A stretch of 64,000 nt of DNA from assembly GCA_016840085.1 (NCBI GenBank), contig JAEOTA010000014.1, positions 1-64,000 on the forward strand, read 5' to 3'. Origin of the DNA: Promethearchaeota archaeon. Its GTDB lineage: Archaea; Asgardarchaeota; Lokiarchaeia; Sigyniarchaeales; SOKP01. The notes under the pieces were generated by a model. It had not been told where the DNA came from. It saw nothing but the letters and a program-made list of their open reading frames with translations, and did no database searches. This document shows, in pieces, positions 10,337-21,844 of this stretch. The position numbers were made by a program, and so were the translations under genes. The first letter of the stretch is position 1, and every line of letters begins with the position of its first letter.

Positions 10337-11392
10337 GTGATTACCATAAAACCAATCAATAAATTTAAGACATATAAGTATGATGCATCCCCATTCTTCT
10401 TTTTTATCGATATCTTCCCTCCAGATTACACTAATCCTAATAATCCTCATTTACTTCACCTCATAGAGAGCATAAAGAGTAATCCAATTATGCCATTACC
10501 GATGCGAGTTGACCGCGTATTTAATGGTGAAAGATCAATTCTAATTCGTCCTCGAGAGCCAATAACCTTTACAATCACTGATGATAAAACCGCAGTGATC
10601 AATCCAAAACCTTTTCTACAATATGGAGTAGAAAAATTACTATATTTCACAGAAATTCGTTCTCGTGAGAAGTTTTCTGTCCATTTCACATTAGAAAGAG
10701 CTATAAGATGGTGGAATTCGACGAGATTTCTCTATGGTAATTTAATCCATCTAGAAGAAGACTTTTCAGCCTTTTCGAGAGCATATTTACATACAATGGT
10801 AAAAGCTATAATTCTTGAGGAAGATCTTATAAATGCGGCAAAAAATTATTGCCAAATGATTGCAGATATATGTAGAAAGAGAATGGAAGAAAATTCTATG
10901 CTTATAGAAATAAAAGGCAAACAGCAGAGTGTAAACCTTTACAAGATAAAAGATTTTACTTATTATAAAAAATTTAAAAAAGTAAGTGAAACCCAGTATC
11001 ATCCTGAGCTTATAGATATTGAATTTTTCGATCTCATGGAGAAAGGATTTTCAAAGCAAGAAGATGAGCGGACTAAATTAGGAAATGAAATGAAATCAAA
11101 AGAATTAAAGTATATTCCCTTATTATTTTATGATGATTTACTCGAATGTATGCTTCAGAATTTAAAAAGCCTTGAAGATGGTGATGATAGTTTATTAGAT
11201 CCATCCTTTTTATTCGAAAAAAATATAATAATCGTGGAAAATCCTAAAGAATTAGAAGAAACTAATATTCAGAAGTATTCATGGTGGAATAATTTTGATG
11301 ATTTAGAGTTAGAATCTGTTATAAAAACTATTGAAACAACTCTTACAGAATTTTTTCTTGCTTATAAAGAGAAATTCCTTGATACTCAATAA
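10337..11392 (+). CDS. Hypothetical protein
   Basis: 351-aa ORF, no recognised motif. Confidence 0.8.
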   Translation: MITIKPINKFKTYKYDASPFFFFIDIFPPDYTNPNNPHLLHLIESIKSNPIMPLPMRVDRVFNGERSILIRPREPITFTITDDKTAVINPKPFLQYGVEKLLYFTEIRSREKFSVHFTLERAIRWWNSTRFLYGNLIHLEEDFSAFSRAYLHTMVKAIILEEDLINAAKNYCQMIADICRKRMEENSMLIEIKGKQQSVNLYKIKDFTYYKKFKKVSETQYHPELIDIEFFDLMEKGFSKQEDERTKLGNEMKSKELKYIPLLFYDDLLECMLQNLKSLEDGDDSLLDPSFLFEKNIIIVENPKELEETNIQKYSWWNNFDDLELESVIKTIETTLTEFFLAYKEKFLDTQ

Positions 11393-11545
11393 AGTTAAAT
11401 ATGATTAATACAGATAATTAGATCAAGTTTAATAAAAAATTCTCGACTATACTATTTTTATTTAACTCATTAATAAACAATCTTAAAAAAAAACCTAGTT
11501 ACCTTTATTTTAAGATAAATAAAGATGTTTATGAAAGTTGTGTAA

Positions 11546-12679
11546 ATGCTCTACAAGAAAGAAAGACCAGCAATTTTAATGCTTCAAGACGGACGTTATT
11601 TTCAAGGGATTGGTTTTGGAGCGAGTAAGAAAGTCGAAGGAGAAATTGTCTTTACAACAATTACGGGTGCGGGGTATGTTGAAACATTAACAGACCCCTC
11701 CTATAAAGGACAAATTGTTGTAATGACTCATCCTCTTGTTGGTAATTATGGTGTTCCTGCTTGGGAAAAGGATAAGTTTGGAATCCATAAATATTTCGAA
11801 TCTGATTCCATTAAAATGAATGGTTTTGTAATTAATGAATGTTGTAAAAATCCAAGTCATTATGAAAGTATAAGAACTTTAAACGAATTTCTCCTTGATG
11901 AAGATATACCTGGAGTTGAATGGATTGATACTAGAGCAGTTACAAAAATATTAAGGGAAGAAGGTGTGCAATTAGGTCTACTAGCAGTTTATCATCAGGG
12001 TGAGAAACCTAATATTGAAGAATTAAGAAATGAAGTGAAAAAAGTTGAAGATCCAAATCTTAGACATTTAGCAAGAGAGGTATCTACAAAAGAGATTCAA
12101 AGATTTGTCCCCTCGAATCCCATTGATACTGTTGTTGTTATGGATTTAGGCGTGAAAAACAATATTCTCAGAAATCTAGTAAAAAGAAATCTTGAAGTAA
12201 TTCTCGTTCCTTATGACTTTACTTTTAAAAAAATTATGGAGTTGGACCCAAGTGGAGTTTTAATTTCTAATGGACCAGGAGATCCTGCTATTTATAAAAA
12301 TGCGATTGAAGTTGCTCGTAGTTTAATTGATAGTAACATCCCTACAATGGGTATTTGTTTAGGAAATCAAATTATTGGTTTAGCTGCTGGAGGCGATTCT
12401 TATAAACTGAAATATGGCCATAGAGGTGGTAATAAAACAGTAATCAATCCAGAAACTCAGAAATGTTATATTACTTCTCAAAATCATGGTTTTTGTGTTA
12501 GAAATTTTGAAAAGGGCGGATTCAAGGAATTTCTTAGAAATATTGATGATAATTCTAATGAAGGTTTGATTCATAAAAATAAACCTGTATTTGCAGTTCA
12601 ATTTCATCCAGAAGCGTCTCCAGGACCATTGGATTCTCTATATCTTTTCGATAAATTTATTGAACTTATGGAGTCATAG
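11546..12679 (+). CDS. carA: Carbamoyl-phosphate synthase small subunit
   Basis: LTDPSY, GNYG, SNGPGDP, GICLG, SQNHG and QFHPE motifs. Confidence 0.97.
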   Translation: MLYKKERPAILMLQDGRYFQGIGFGASKKVEGEIVFTTITGAGYVETLTDPSYKGQIVVMTHPLVGNYGVPAWEKDKFGIHKYFESDSIKMNGFVINECCKNPSHYESIRTLNEFLLDEDIPGVEWIDTRAVTKILREEGVQLGLLAVYHQGEKPNIEELRNEVKKVEDPNLRHLAREVSTKEIQRFVPSNPIDTVVVMDLGVKNNILRNLVKRNLEVILVPYDFTFKKIMELDPSGVLISNGPGDPAIYKNAIEVARSLIDSNIPTMGICLGNQIIGLAAGGDSYKLKYGHRGGNKTVINPETQKCYITSQNHGFCVRNFEKGGFKEFLRNIDDNSNEGLIHKNKPVFAVQFHPEASPGPLDSLYLFDKFIELMES

Positions 12680-12683
12680 TTAA

Positions 12684-15600
12684 ATGCCATTAGATAAAAC
12701 TATTAAGAAAGCATTGGTCTTAGGATCTGGAGGGATACGTATTGGTCAAGCTGGAGAATTTGATTATTCTGGAAGTCAAGTATTAAAAGCACTTAAAGAG
12801 GACGGAATAGAAACCATTCTAATTAACCCGAATATCGCCACTATCCAAACTGATCCAGAACTATCTGATAGAGTTTATTTATTACCAATAAATATTAAAT
12901 ATGCAGAGGAAATAATTAAAAAAGAAAAACCAGACGGAATTTTATTAGCATTTGGCGGCCAAACAGCTTTAAATGTAGGTGTTGAACTAAAAGAAGCAGG
13001 AATTCTGAAGAAATATAATATAAGAGTATTAGGAACACCAATTGAAGCAATTGAAGCTACAGAAGACAGAGATCTTTTTATTAGGGCAATGAAAAATTCC
13101 GATGTTAAAGTATGTAAAAGTCAAGCAGTAAATTCTTATACTGAAGGTCTAAAGGCTATTAAAGAGATTGGATTTCCTTGTATGATACGGGTAGCTTATA
13201 CATTAGGTGGAAGAGGATCAGGTATTGTTAACAATATGAAGGAATTCGAAAGAATGGCGAAGAAAAGTTTAGCTCAATCGAGAATTAATCAGATCTTAAT
13301 CGAAGAAAGTATATGGGGTTGGAAGGAGATCGAATATGAAGTAGTAAGAGACTCTAAAGATAATTGTTTTATTAATTGCAATATGGAAAACTTCGATCCT
13401 GTAGGACTTCATACAGGAGAATCGCTTGTCGTTAGTCCAAGCCAGACTCTCACAAATGAGGAATACCATATGCTCCGGTCAGCTTCTATTAGAGTTATAC
13501 GGAACCTAGGGATTATAGGAGAATGCAATATTCAATATGGATTAGATCCTTTTTCAAAAGAATTTCGTGCAATAGAAGTTAATGCTCGGCTTTCAAGATC
13601 ATCAGCACTTGCTTCTAAAGCAACAGGGTATCCATTAGCTTATATAGCTGCTAAGCTAGCAATAGGGTATACATTGCCAGAATTAAAAAATAAAATTACT
13701 GGAATTACGACAGCATGTTTCGAACCGGCATTAGATTATTTAGTACTTAAAATTCCAAGATGGGATCTTACCAAATTTCAAAGAGTTGATAGAACCATCT
13801 CAAGTCAGATGAAATCGGTCGGAGAAGTCATGGCAATTGGCAGAACTTTCGAAGAAGTATTACAAAAAGCTATTAGAATGCTTGATATAGGCATGAAAGG
13901 TTTTGTGGCAAATAATTTAGCACCTATTGGTGATACAAATGAATTGAAATATGCTTTAAGAAATCCCACAGATTTAAGGATTTTCAGAATTGCTGAAGCG
14001 ATAAAAAAGGGGATTTCTATAGACGAAATTTATCGTTTATCACGAGTAGATAAATGGTTTCTCTATAAATTAAAGAATATTATTGATATTGAACATCAAC
14101 TCCAAAAGCTTGATTTATTGGAAACTACAGATATAGAAAAAAGTTATTGGTTGGAAAGAGCTAAAAGATTTGGATTCTCTGATGGACAAATTGCTAAGAT
14201 CATGGGAGTTGATACAATTTTCATAAGGCAGATGAGAAGAAAATTGGGAATCCATCCTTTTGTTAAAAGAATTGATACTTTAGCTGCTGAGTGGCCAGCA
14301 GCTACTAACTACTTATATCTTACCTATAGTGCTTCTGAACACGATATTGATTTTGAACAAGAAAATAGCTCAAATCTGAGAAAGATTATTGTTTTAGGGT
14401 CGGGGACTTATCGTATTGGTGCCTCAGTTGAGTTTGATTGGGGATCTGTTAATTGTTTATGGGGTTTAAAGAAATTAGGTATTGATCAAGCAATTATGAT
14501 TAATTATAATCCTGAGACCGTCTCTACTGATTATGATATATCAGATAAATTATATTTTGAAGAAATTTCTGGTGAAAGAGTGCTTGATATTTGTGAACTT
14601 GAAAAAGCAGCTGGTATTGTAGTTTCTGCTGGAGGGCAAATAGCAAATAATCTAGCAGCGAAAATCTCTAAATATTCTGAATTTTTTAGAAAAACTAATT
14701 TGAAAATTCTTGGAACTCATGGTTCAAGAATAGATATGGCAGAAGATAGAAGTAAATTTAGCGCTTTATTAGATCAGCTAAATATAAGACAACCAGAATG
14801 GAACTCAGTAACAGAAAAAGAAGAGGCTTTAAAATTTGCTAAAAAGGTCGGGTATCCCGTATTAGTTAGACCTTCATATGTATTAAGTGGAGCAGCTATG
14901 AGAGTATCATATGATGAAAAAACACTAAGGGACACACTCGATCTTGCTGCTTCTGTTTCTAGTGAATATCCAGTTGTAATTACTAAATTTTTTACAAATG
15001 CCAGAGAAATTGAATGTGATGGTATCTCCGATGGAGATAATGTATTAATAGGAGCGATTGTTGAGCATATAGAAAATGCGGGAATTCATAGTGGAGATGC
15101 AACCATGGTAATTCCGCCTCAAACAGTCCTTAAAAATGTTATTGAGACAATTGAAAATTACACAAAAAATATTGCTTTAGCTCTCAAAATACAAGGTCCA
15201 TTTAATGTTCAATATTTAGTTGAGAATGGAGAAGTGTATGTAATTGAATGTAATTTACGTTCAAGTCGTAGTATGCCTTATGTTTCAAAAACACGAGGGA
15301 TAAACCTGATGAGATTAGCAGCAGAGGTAATAATGGGTAAAAAAATTCCTGAAAAACTTCTTAAACTTCCTTATGGAGAATATGTTGGTATTAAAGCACC
15401 TATGTTTTCATTTATGAGATTGGATAAGGCAGATTTTCGACTTGGTGTTGAAATGGCATCAACGGGTGAGATCGGGATAATAGGAGAAGATTTCCAAGAT
15501 GCATTATTAAAAGCTTTAGAAGCTACTGAAATGAACATACCTGTTGACGGGGGAAATGTTTTGATTTCTGTAGGTGGTAAAAAATTGAAGAAGAAAGTTA

Positions 15601-15995
15601 TTCCAATAGCAAAGAAGCTAAATCATCTAGGATTTACAATTTTTGCTACAGAAGATACTGCGCAAGCCTTAAAAAATAATGGTATTCATGCTGTAAAACT
15701 GTATAAAGTTCATGAATCTGGGATGGAGCCGAATATTATGGGATGTCTACAAAATGGGGCGATAGATTTAGTTATCAATATCCCAATACCAACTACCATT
15801 GAAGAAAAATTTAAAACCATTATGGAAGATGAATATAAAATTAGAAGAATGGCTGTGGATTATAACATTCCTGTTATAATCAATTTACAATTAGCTGAAG
15901 CAATTGTAGATGCAATTGAAAAAGTGCGTACTAAAAAAGTAGAAATTAAATCTCTAAATGAATATCATAAGACTTTAAAAGAAGTTTATTGGTAA
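12684..15995 (+). CDS. carB: Carbamoyl-phosphate synthase large subunit
   Basis: IGQAGEFDYSG, EVNARLSRSSALASKATG, duplicated ATP-grasp domains, C-terminal MGS-like domain. Confidence 0.98.
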   Translation: MPLDKTIKKALVLGSGGIRIGQAGEFDYSGSQVLKALKEDGIETILINPNIATIQTDPELSDRVYLLPINIKYAEEIIKKEKPDGILLAFGGQTALNVGVELKEAGILKKYNIRVLGTPIEAIEATEDRDLFIRAMKNSDVKVCKSQAVNSYTEGLKAIKEIGFPCMIRVAYTLGGRGSGIVNNMKEFERMAKKSLAQSRINQILIEESIWGWKEIEYEVVRDSKDNCFINCNMENFDPVGLHTGESLVVSPSQTLTNEEYHMLRSASIRVIRNLGIIGECNIQYGLDPFSKEFRAIEVNARLSRSSALASKATGYPLAYIAAKLAIGYTLPELKNKITGITTACFEPALDYLVLKIPRWDLTKFQRVDRTISSQMKSVGEVMAIGRTFEEVLQKAIRMLDIGMKGFVANNLAPIGDTNELKYALRNPTDLRIFRIAEAIKKGISIDEIYRLSRVDKWFLYKLKNIIDIEHQLQKLDLLETTDIEKSYWLERAKRFGFSDGQIAKIMGVDTIFIRQMRRKLGIHPFVKRIDTLAAEWPAATNYLYLTYSASEHDIDFEQENSSNLRKIIVLGSGTYRIGASVEFDWGSVNCLWGLKKLGIDQAIMINYNPETVSTDYDISDKLYFEEISGERVLDICELEKAAGIVVSAGGQIANNLAAKISKYSEFFRKTNLKILGTHGSRIDMAEDRSKFSALLDQLNIRQPEWNSVTEKEEALKFAKKVGYPVLVRPSYVLSGAAMRVSYDEKTLRDTLDLAASVSSEYPVVITKFFTNAREIECDGISDGDNVLIGAIVEHIENAGIHSGDATMVIPPQTVLKNVIETIENYTKNIALALKIQGPFNVQYLVENGEVYVIECNLRSSRSMPYVSKTRGINLMRLAAEVIMGKKIPEKLLKLPYGEYVGIKAPMFSFMRLDKADFRLGVEMASTGEIGIIGEDFQDALLKALEATEMNIPVDGGNVLISVGGKKLKKKVIPIAKKLNHLGFTIFATEDTAQALKNNGIHAVKLYKVHESGMEPNIMGCLQNGAIDLVINIPIPTTIEEKFKTIMEDEYKIRRMAVDYNIPVIINLQLAEAIVDAIEKVRTKKVEIKSLNEYHKTLKEVYW

Positions 15996-16038
15996 AAATT
16001 AATAATTTATCTAGATTATTTACTAATTAAGGTGTTAT

Positions 16039-16326
16039 ATTATTTATTATCGGGGATATATCTTATTCAGACTAAAAATCATCGGTACTCAATGGAAAAT
16101 AGCTGAAAAACTAAAAAGTTTAAAATCTACTGAACCAGATGAGGATTGGAAAATCACATATGCAACTCCTATTTATGGTGGATGGGATATATTAGCTGAA
16201 TGCTCTTTTTCTAAATTGGAAGATTTAGATAAAATTCTTCATTTCTGTAGAAATGATAAAGAATTATCTCAATGGTTAGAAGCAACTACGACCCTTATAA
16301 ACACTAAAAAGAATTACCCTCATTGA
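16039..16326 (+). CDS. Unannotated Lrp/AsnC ligand-binding (RAM)-like small protein, probable ATT start
   Basis: 95-codon frame IIYYRGYILFRLKIIGTQWKIAEKL...ATPIYGGWDILAECSFSKLEDLDKI...EATTTLI; AGGTG SD at 16030-16034; no ATG/GTG/TTG near the 5' end. Confidence 0.7.
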   Translation: MIYYRGYILFRLKIIGTQWKIAEKLKSLKSTEPDEDWKITYATPIYGGWDILAECSFSKLEDLDKILHFCRNDKELSQWLEATTTLINTKKNYPH

Positions 16327-16409
16327 ATATAATGAAATTTTTAAAATTTCATTAAATGTTAGCACTTTTTAAATTGTGAAAGATCTGAAAAAGATAAATA
16401 AAAATAAAA

Positions 16410-16565
16410 CTAAAGTTCCTTTAGAAATTTAAGAAAACTTTGTTTTAATGACGTATGATAATGCTTTGGTTGAATTTGTAATTCTTCATTCATCCATATT
16501 CTTAACTTTATTTCCTCTAATTGTTCTTCCAATCTTAAATCGTAAGCAATTTCTCTTTCCGACAC
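16410..16565 (-). CDS. Small hypothetical protein (51 aa)
   Basis: GTG-start frame MSEREIAYDLRLEEQLEEIKLRIWMNEE...; below the ORF-track cutoff. Confidence 0.35.
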   Translation of the reverse strand: MSEREIAYDLRLEEQLEEIKLRIWMNEELQIQPKHYHTSLKQSFLKFLKEL

Positions 16566-16660
16566 AATTATTTAATGAAACTTATCCTATTTAAATTGTT
16601 CCGTAACAAAATATAACTCTTCTTTATTATTAATGGGTTAATACATAATCAGTGAATAGC

Positions 16661-17158
16661 TTATAGAAAAAATTCCATAAAAATCTCATCTTCATAGTGC
16701 CCATCAATCTTAACTTGTTTTGAAAGCACCCCTTTCTGTATAAATCCTAAATTTTTATAAAATTCTATTGCTCCTGTATTGTTTGCTCGTACATATATAA
16801 TTAGCTTTTCATATCCCTTTTCACGAGCAAATTGAAAAGTTTTAATAGCTAATTGCCGTTCAATTCCACATCCTCGCCATTTAGGAAGAATAAAACTACC
16901 AATTGTTCCAACGTGATCAAATGAATCTGTGTATTTTGCCCACTTGTCTAATGATTGAAAACCAAAGATTTGATCTTTTGTTTCAGCTATAAAAATACCT
17001 TCACGATCAGATAAAGATAGTATATAATCTTTTTCTTGTTCAGGTGTGAAAGGATGGTTTACAGCAGAATACTTCCTCTCAGCACATATAACTTTCCAAA
17101 TATTTGATATTTCTTCAGCATCCTCCACTTGAGCCTTTCTAATAGTAGTTTGTATCAT
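16661..17158 (-). CDS. GNAT family N-acetyltransferase
   Basis: ILPKWRGCGI and NTGAIEFYKNLGF motifs. Confidence 0.9.
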   Translation of the reverse strand: MIQTTIRKAQVEDAEEISNIWKVICAERKYSAVNHPFTPEQEKDYILSLSDREGIFIAETKDQIFGFQSLDKWAKYTDSFDHVGTIGSFILPKWRGCGIERQLAIKTFQFAREKGYEKLIIYVRANNTGAIEFYKNLGFIQKGVLSKQVKIDGHYEDEIFMEFFL

Positions 17159-17338
17159 TTATGTCAACTCTTCCTTATTGATTTTAAATTTATCTATAAT
17201 TTTAAAAAAAACCATCCTCTCCTTACTGAAATAATAATATTAATAATTTATATTTTGAAGGTAAAAAATCTATTAACTATAAAATACTTCAACAAAATAA
17301 CTTGAGAAATAATTTCCTATCATTATAATTGTATAAAT

Positions 17339-19177
17339 ATGCAAAGTACACAAGTAAAAAAGATAACTGCTAATTATGTAGAATTTAGACCAGGAAAAGA
17401 TCCTTTTGAAAAAGCACGGCAGAAAGGTTCAAGAAGATGGATATTATCCCATATTTTTTATGGATCTAATAAAACCTTTATATTAATTGTGTTAATTACA
17501 ACTATTCTCACAGCCAATTTATCCTCAGCAATTTTAGTTGTTATTGGAAATGCTATTACAGATTTTTTACTGGGAAAACAATCAAGTTTACTATTCTATA
17601 CAATATTTATACTATTATTAAGTATAGGGACTCCTTTATTGCGCTTAATTAATTATATGCTACGTGAAGTTATAGCACAGAGATTAGAAAGAGATTGTCG
17701 AAAAGAATTCTATTCTAACCTCCTTGGTAAAAGCCAATCATTTCATGATCAACAAAAAATTGGAGAATTGATGGCTCGTGCTACAGATGATGTTCGAACA
17801 ATGAATTTTTTAATTAGTCCCGCAATCTCCTTAATATTTGAGTCCTTTACCTCGTTAATAATCCCTCTTTTCTATATTATCGCTTTTTATCCTACACAAT
17901 TAATTTTAACGCCATTAATTTTTTCTGTATTATTCTTCTTTTCTTTAAAGTCATATATTAGAAAAATTGGACCAGTTACGGGGAAATTACGTAGTTTTTA
18001 TGGAATGATGAACGCAACATTGAATGAAGCGTTAACTGGAATTGAAGTTGTTAAAGCAACTGCCCAAGAAACTAAAGAAAGTCAAAAATATTTTGACAAT
18101 GCTAATAATTATAGAAATGCATTTGTTGAACAAGGAAATATTGAAGCAAAATATCTCCCAATACTAATTTTAGCCTTAACAATTACTGGTGGTCTAATAC
18201 ATGCTATTATCCTTAATTTTATGGGCCTGATGAATATTGGACAAATAATTGGTTATTTAGGTTTATTAGCATTGTTACGTTTCCCTACATTTATATCTAT
18301 CTTTGTCTTTGCAATCATACGACTAGCGGTTTCAAGTGCTCAGAGATTACTTGAATTAATGGATAAAAAAACAGAAATTGATGAAAATGTTGAGGGTTAT
18401 AAAAAGGAAATTGAAGGTGCTATTAAATTCGAAAATGTCACTTTTAGTTATCCTGGAACTGAAAAACCTGTATTAAAGAATATAAGTTTTGAAGTTAAGC
18501 CTAGTCAAACTTTAGCAATAGTAGGAACTACTGGATCAGGTAAAACTACTTTAACAAAATTAATTTCACGATTATATGATGTTGATGAAGGTAGAATACT
18601 TATTAATAATGTAAATATCCGCGATTATGCTTTAAAATCGTTAAGAAATCAAATTTCTTATGTAGATCAAGATGTATTTTTATTCTCTACAAGTATTTTC
18701 GAAAACATATCATTTGGACGTACAGGTTCAATTGAGCAAGTCATTGAAGTGGCAAAAGAAGCTCAGGCACACGAGTTTATCTCTAATTTACCAAATCAAT
18801 ATCATTCTGAAGTTGGAGAGAGAGGTGTGCAATTAAGTGGAGGTGAAAGACAAAGAATTGCTATTGCTCGTGCTTTTCTTGTAGATCCTAGGATTTTAAT
18901 CTTAGATGATTCTACTTCGGCGATAGATTCCAATACAGAGGATAAAATTCAGAAAGCTATTCGAAATATCCTAAAAAATAGAACAACAATTCTTATCACA
19001 CACCGTTTAAGTCAAATTCGATGGGCTGATTTAATAATTGTATTGAAAAAAGGAGAGATTGTTACAAAAGGAACTCATGAAGAATTATTAAAGACTTCAG
19101 AAGAATATCAACGAATCTTTATCAAAAAATTTGATGTTGAGATTGATACATTAATTAAAAAGTGCGAGGAAGCTTAA
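17339..19177 (+). CDS. ABC exporter, TMD-NBD half-transporter
   Basis: N-terminal TM helices, GTTGSGKT, LSGGERQR, ILILDD (degenerate site). Confidence 0.95.
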   Translation: MQSTQVKKITANYVEFRPGKDPFEKARQKGSRRWILSHIFYGSNKTFILIVLITTILTANLSSAILVVIGNAITDFLLGKQSSLLFYTIFILLLSIGTPLLRLINYMLREVIAQRLERDCRKEFYSNLLGKSQSFHDQQKIGELMARATDDVRTMNFLISPAISLIFESFTSLIIPLFYIIAFYPTQLILTPLIFSVLFFFSLKSYIRKIGPVTGKLRSFYGMMNATLNEALTGIEVVKATAQETKESQKYFDNANNYRNAFVEQGNIEAKYLPILILALTITGGLIHAIILNFMGLMNIGQIIGYLGLLALLRFPTFISIFVFAIIRLAVSSAQRLLELMDKKTEIDENVEGYKKEIEGAIKFENVTFSYPGTEKPVLKNISFEVKPSQTLAIVGTTGSGKTTLTKLISRLYDVDEGRILINNVNIRDYALKSLRNQISYVDQDVFLFSTSIFENISFGRTGSIEQVIEVAKEAQAHEFISNLPNQYHSEVGERGVQLSGGERQRIAIARAFLVDPRILILDDSTSAIDSNTEDKIQKAIRNILKNRTTILITHRLSQIRWADLIIVLKKGEIVTKGTHEELLKTSEEYQRIFIKKFDVEIDTLIKKCEEA

Positions 19178-19181
19178 GAAA

Positions 19182-20990
19182 ATGGCATATGGGTGGGATT
19201 TAGAAGCTGAAGAATACGATCGAGAAATTTCTGATAGGGTATTATTAAAGCGTATTTTATCTTATTTCCGTCCATATAAGCGTTCAATGACAATAGTTAT
19301 TTTTTTTATAACCATCGCATCTATTACTTCTGCCTTTGTCCCAGTTTTAACCAGTGTAATTATTAATAATTTAGAGACAAATAGAAATATTTTCTATATA
19401 ATCTTAATCATAATTCTTATTCTTATTTTTAATCTATTCAGTTGGGTTTTTAATTATTTTCAGCAACGACATGCTTTTCGAGTCATAGGTGGGGTTGTTT
19501 TAGATCTGAGAAAAGATGCAACAGATGCGGTTTTAAATCATGATCTTTCTTTTTTTGACAGAAATCCAACAGGTAAAATAGTAAGTCGAGTTAATTCAGA
19601 TAGTGAAACTTTCGGAACAACTGTCGATTTGTCTATTCAATTAATATCATCAGTCTTGATTATTTTTTTTTTACTTATTATTATGTTCTTTATAAATGTT
19701 ATATTAACATTAGCAATAATCATTGCAGTTCCAATATTTTTTGTATTAGCGTTATCATTTCGAAAAATAGCTAGAAAAAAGACTTTATTGGGGCAAAGAG
19801 CTTTAGCTTCTGTTAATGACTTTGTTAAGGAGAGTTTTTCTGGTATTCAAATAGCAAAAACATTTCGTCAAGAAGAAAAATTATTTGAAAAATTTAATAA
19901 AGTAAATGATACTTCTTATAAGGTCAATCTAAGAAGAGCATTTATATTGAACGCCATCTTCCCGTCCTTAGGAATCATACAAGGAATTGTTATAACTTTA
20001 TTAGTACTTTTTGGAGGTAGTAACGTTTTAGGAGGCACGATAAGCGCTGGAGACCTAAATCTATTCCTCCAAGGTGTAAATTATTTATTTTATCCTTTAT
20101 TATCGATTGCTGCATTTTGGCCCACATTTCAAGCCGGAATGGCTGCTTCTGAGCGTATTTTTGCTTTAATAGATACTATACCATTAGTTATTCAAAATGA
20201 TAATATTAAGCCCTCTAGATTAAAGGGGAATATAGAAATTAGAAACTTAATATTCCACTATGAAAAAAATAAAAATATTTTTAATAACTTTACTCTATCA
20301 ATTAAATCAGGAGAATCTATAGCAATCGTTGGACACACAGGTGCTGGAAAGTCTAGCTTAGCTAGACTTTTAGCGAGATTTTATGAATTTCAAGGAGGAG
20401 ATATTTTAATAGATGATATTAGCGTCAGAAATTATGATCTTAAAGAATACCGTAGGCAAATTGGTATTATTCCTCAATCACCATTTCTTTTTGCAGATTC
20501 AATCAAAAATAATATAAAATATTGTTGTATAGACGCAAAAAAAGAAGATATTCATAATTCATTAAATGTCACCAGTGGTTCTGATTGGATTGAAGATTTA
20601 CCAAAGGGATTAGAAACTGATGTTGGTGAAAGAGGCAATTTAATTTCAATGGGACAACGACAATTAATAGTTTTTGCGCGGGTTCTATTAGAAAATCCTG
20701 CTATTCTTATCTTGGATGAAGCTACTGCTTCAGTGGATCCTTTCACAGAAACTCGCATTCAGGATGCATTACAAAAAACAATTGAAGGGCGAACATCAAT
20801 TATAATTGCTCATCGTCTTTGGACCGTGCGCCATGTTGATAGGATTATTGTACTCGATCATGGGAGGATTGTAGAAGAAGGTGGTCATGATGAGTTAATG
20901 GCTAAAGGAGGAACTTATGCTGAGCTCTATAATACTTACTTTCGCCATCAATCTTTAGAATATATCGAAAAAATGAAAGAAATTATATAA
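19182..20990 (+). CDS. ABC exporter, second half of heterodimer
   Basis: GHTGAGKS, ISMGQRQ, LILDEATA, IAHRL. Confidence 0.95.
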   Translation: MAYGWDLEAEEYDREISDRVLLKRILSYFRPYKRSMTIVIFFITIASITSAFVPVLTSVIINNLETNRNIFYIILIIILILIFNLFSWVFNYFQQRHAFRVIGGVVLDLRKDATDAVLNHDLSFFDRNPTGKIVSRVNSDSETFGTTVDLSIQLISSVLIIFFLLIIMFFINVILTLAIIIAVPIFFVLALSFRKIARKKTLLGQRALASVNDFVKESFSGIQIAKTFRQEEKLFEKFNKVNDTSYKVNLRRAFILNAIFPSLGIIQGIVITLLVLFGGSNVLGGTISAGDLNLFLQGVNYLFYPLLSIAAFWPTFQAGMAASERIFALIDTIPLVIQNDNIKPSRLKGNIEIRNLIFHYEKNKNIFNNFTLSIKSGESIAIVGHTGAGKSSLARLLARFYEFQGGDILIDDISVRNYDLKEYRRQIGIIPQSPFLFADSIKNNIKYCCIDAKKEDIHNSLNVTSGSDWIEDLPKGLETDVGERGNLISMGQRQLIVFARVLLENPAILILDEATASVDPFTETRIQDALQKTIEGRTSIIIAHRLWTVRHVDRIIVLDHGRIVEEGGHDELMAKGGTYAELYNTYFRHQSLEYIEKMKEII

Positions 20991-21038
20991 TAAGATAATA
21001 AATTCAAAAAAAAATAAATTAGAGAAAATTTATTATAC

Positions 21039-21566
21039 TTATTCAGCAAATTTAGCAAGAATCCATGCGAAAACCAAAACTCCGCCCACAACCATTATCA
21101 TAATCATTCCTAACCCAATTGTAAATGTTAATTCAACTCCAGGGTAATTATCGGCTATAAGGTCTGGAATGAGAAATAACAATAAGGCGATTACTATAAC
21201 TTGACTTATAATCCTAGATAGACCTCCTGTCAACCATCTTTTTCTAGCCTTCTCAAGTTCTTTATTTCCAGTCATAACTCTAATCCCACTAATAAAAAGC
21301 AATAAAGCATCAAGGCCAAAGAAAATCGCAAAAACAATTCCAACCCAAAAAAAAGCTGTTTGAAGTTCTCCAGCTTCGGGAACTGTAGCAACATAAGGGT
21401 CAAGTTCATCCATGATTCCCCCTCCAAGAGGCATAACATCTCCAGTTATAGCGGGATCTATGACTCCAGAACTAAAAATACTTAAACCCATCACTGGTAA
21501 AAACAAAGAAACAATTAACAACAATACACAAATAATAGGAAAAATTCCTATCCATTTACCTCCCAT
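21039..21566 (-). CDS. Four-TM membrane protein, unknown function
   Basis: Four hydrophobic segments. Confidence 0.75.
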   Translation of the reverse strand: MGGKWIGIFPIICVLLLIVSLFLPVMGLSIFSSGVIDPAITGDVMPLGGGIMDELDPYVATVPEAGELQTAFFWVGIVFAIFFGLDALLLFISGIRVMTGNKELEKARKRWLTGGLSRIISQVIVIALLLFLIPDLIADNYPGVELTFTIGLGMIMIMVVGGVLVFAWILAKFAE

Positions 21567-21844
21567 TTTATTTTCAACTCTCTTCTATTTTTATAAATTC
21601 ATTACGATAACAATTATTAATCGTTATTTTTTAAAAAACTTATATGTATAAATTGAACTAAAATGTAAAATTAACTTACCTGAAATAAATATTTTTAGGA
21701 CTTTAATTATGTTTATTTTGATTAGAGTACAAAGGGATTTGTGATATAAAAACTGGTCTCTATAAATTACTTATAATAATTTCGATTTATTTCACATAAA
21801 GAAAAAGAAGATTTAAACAGATTTTATAGGTTTGAGTTATTTTA

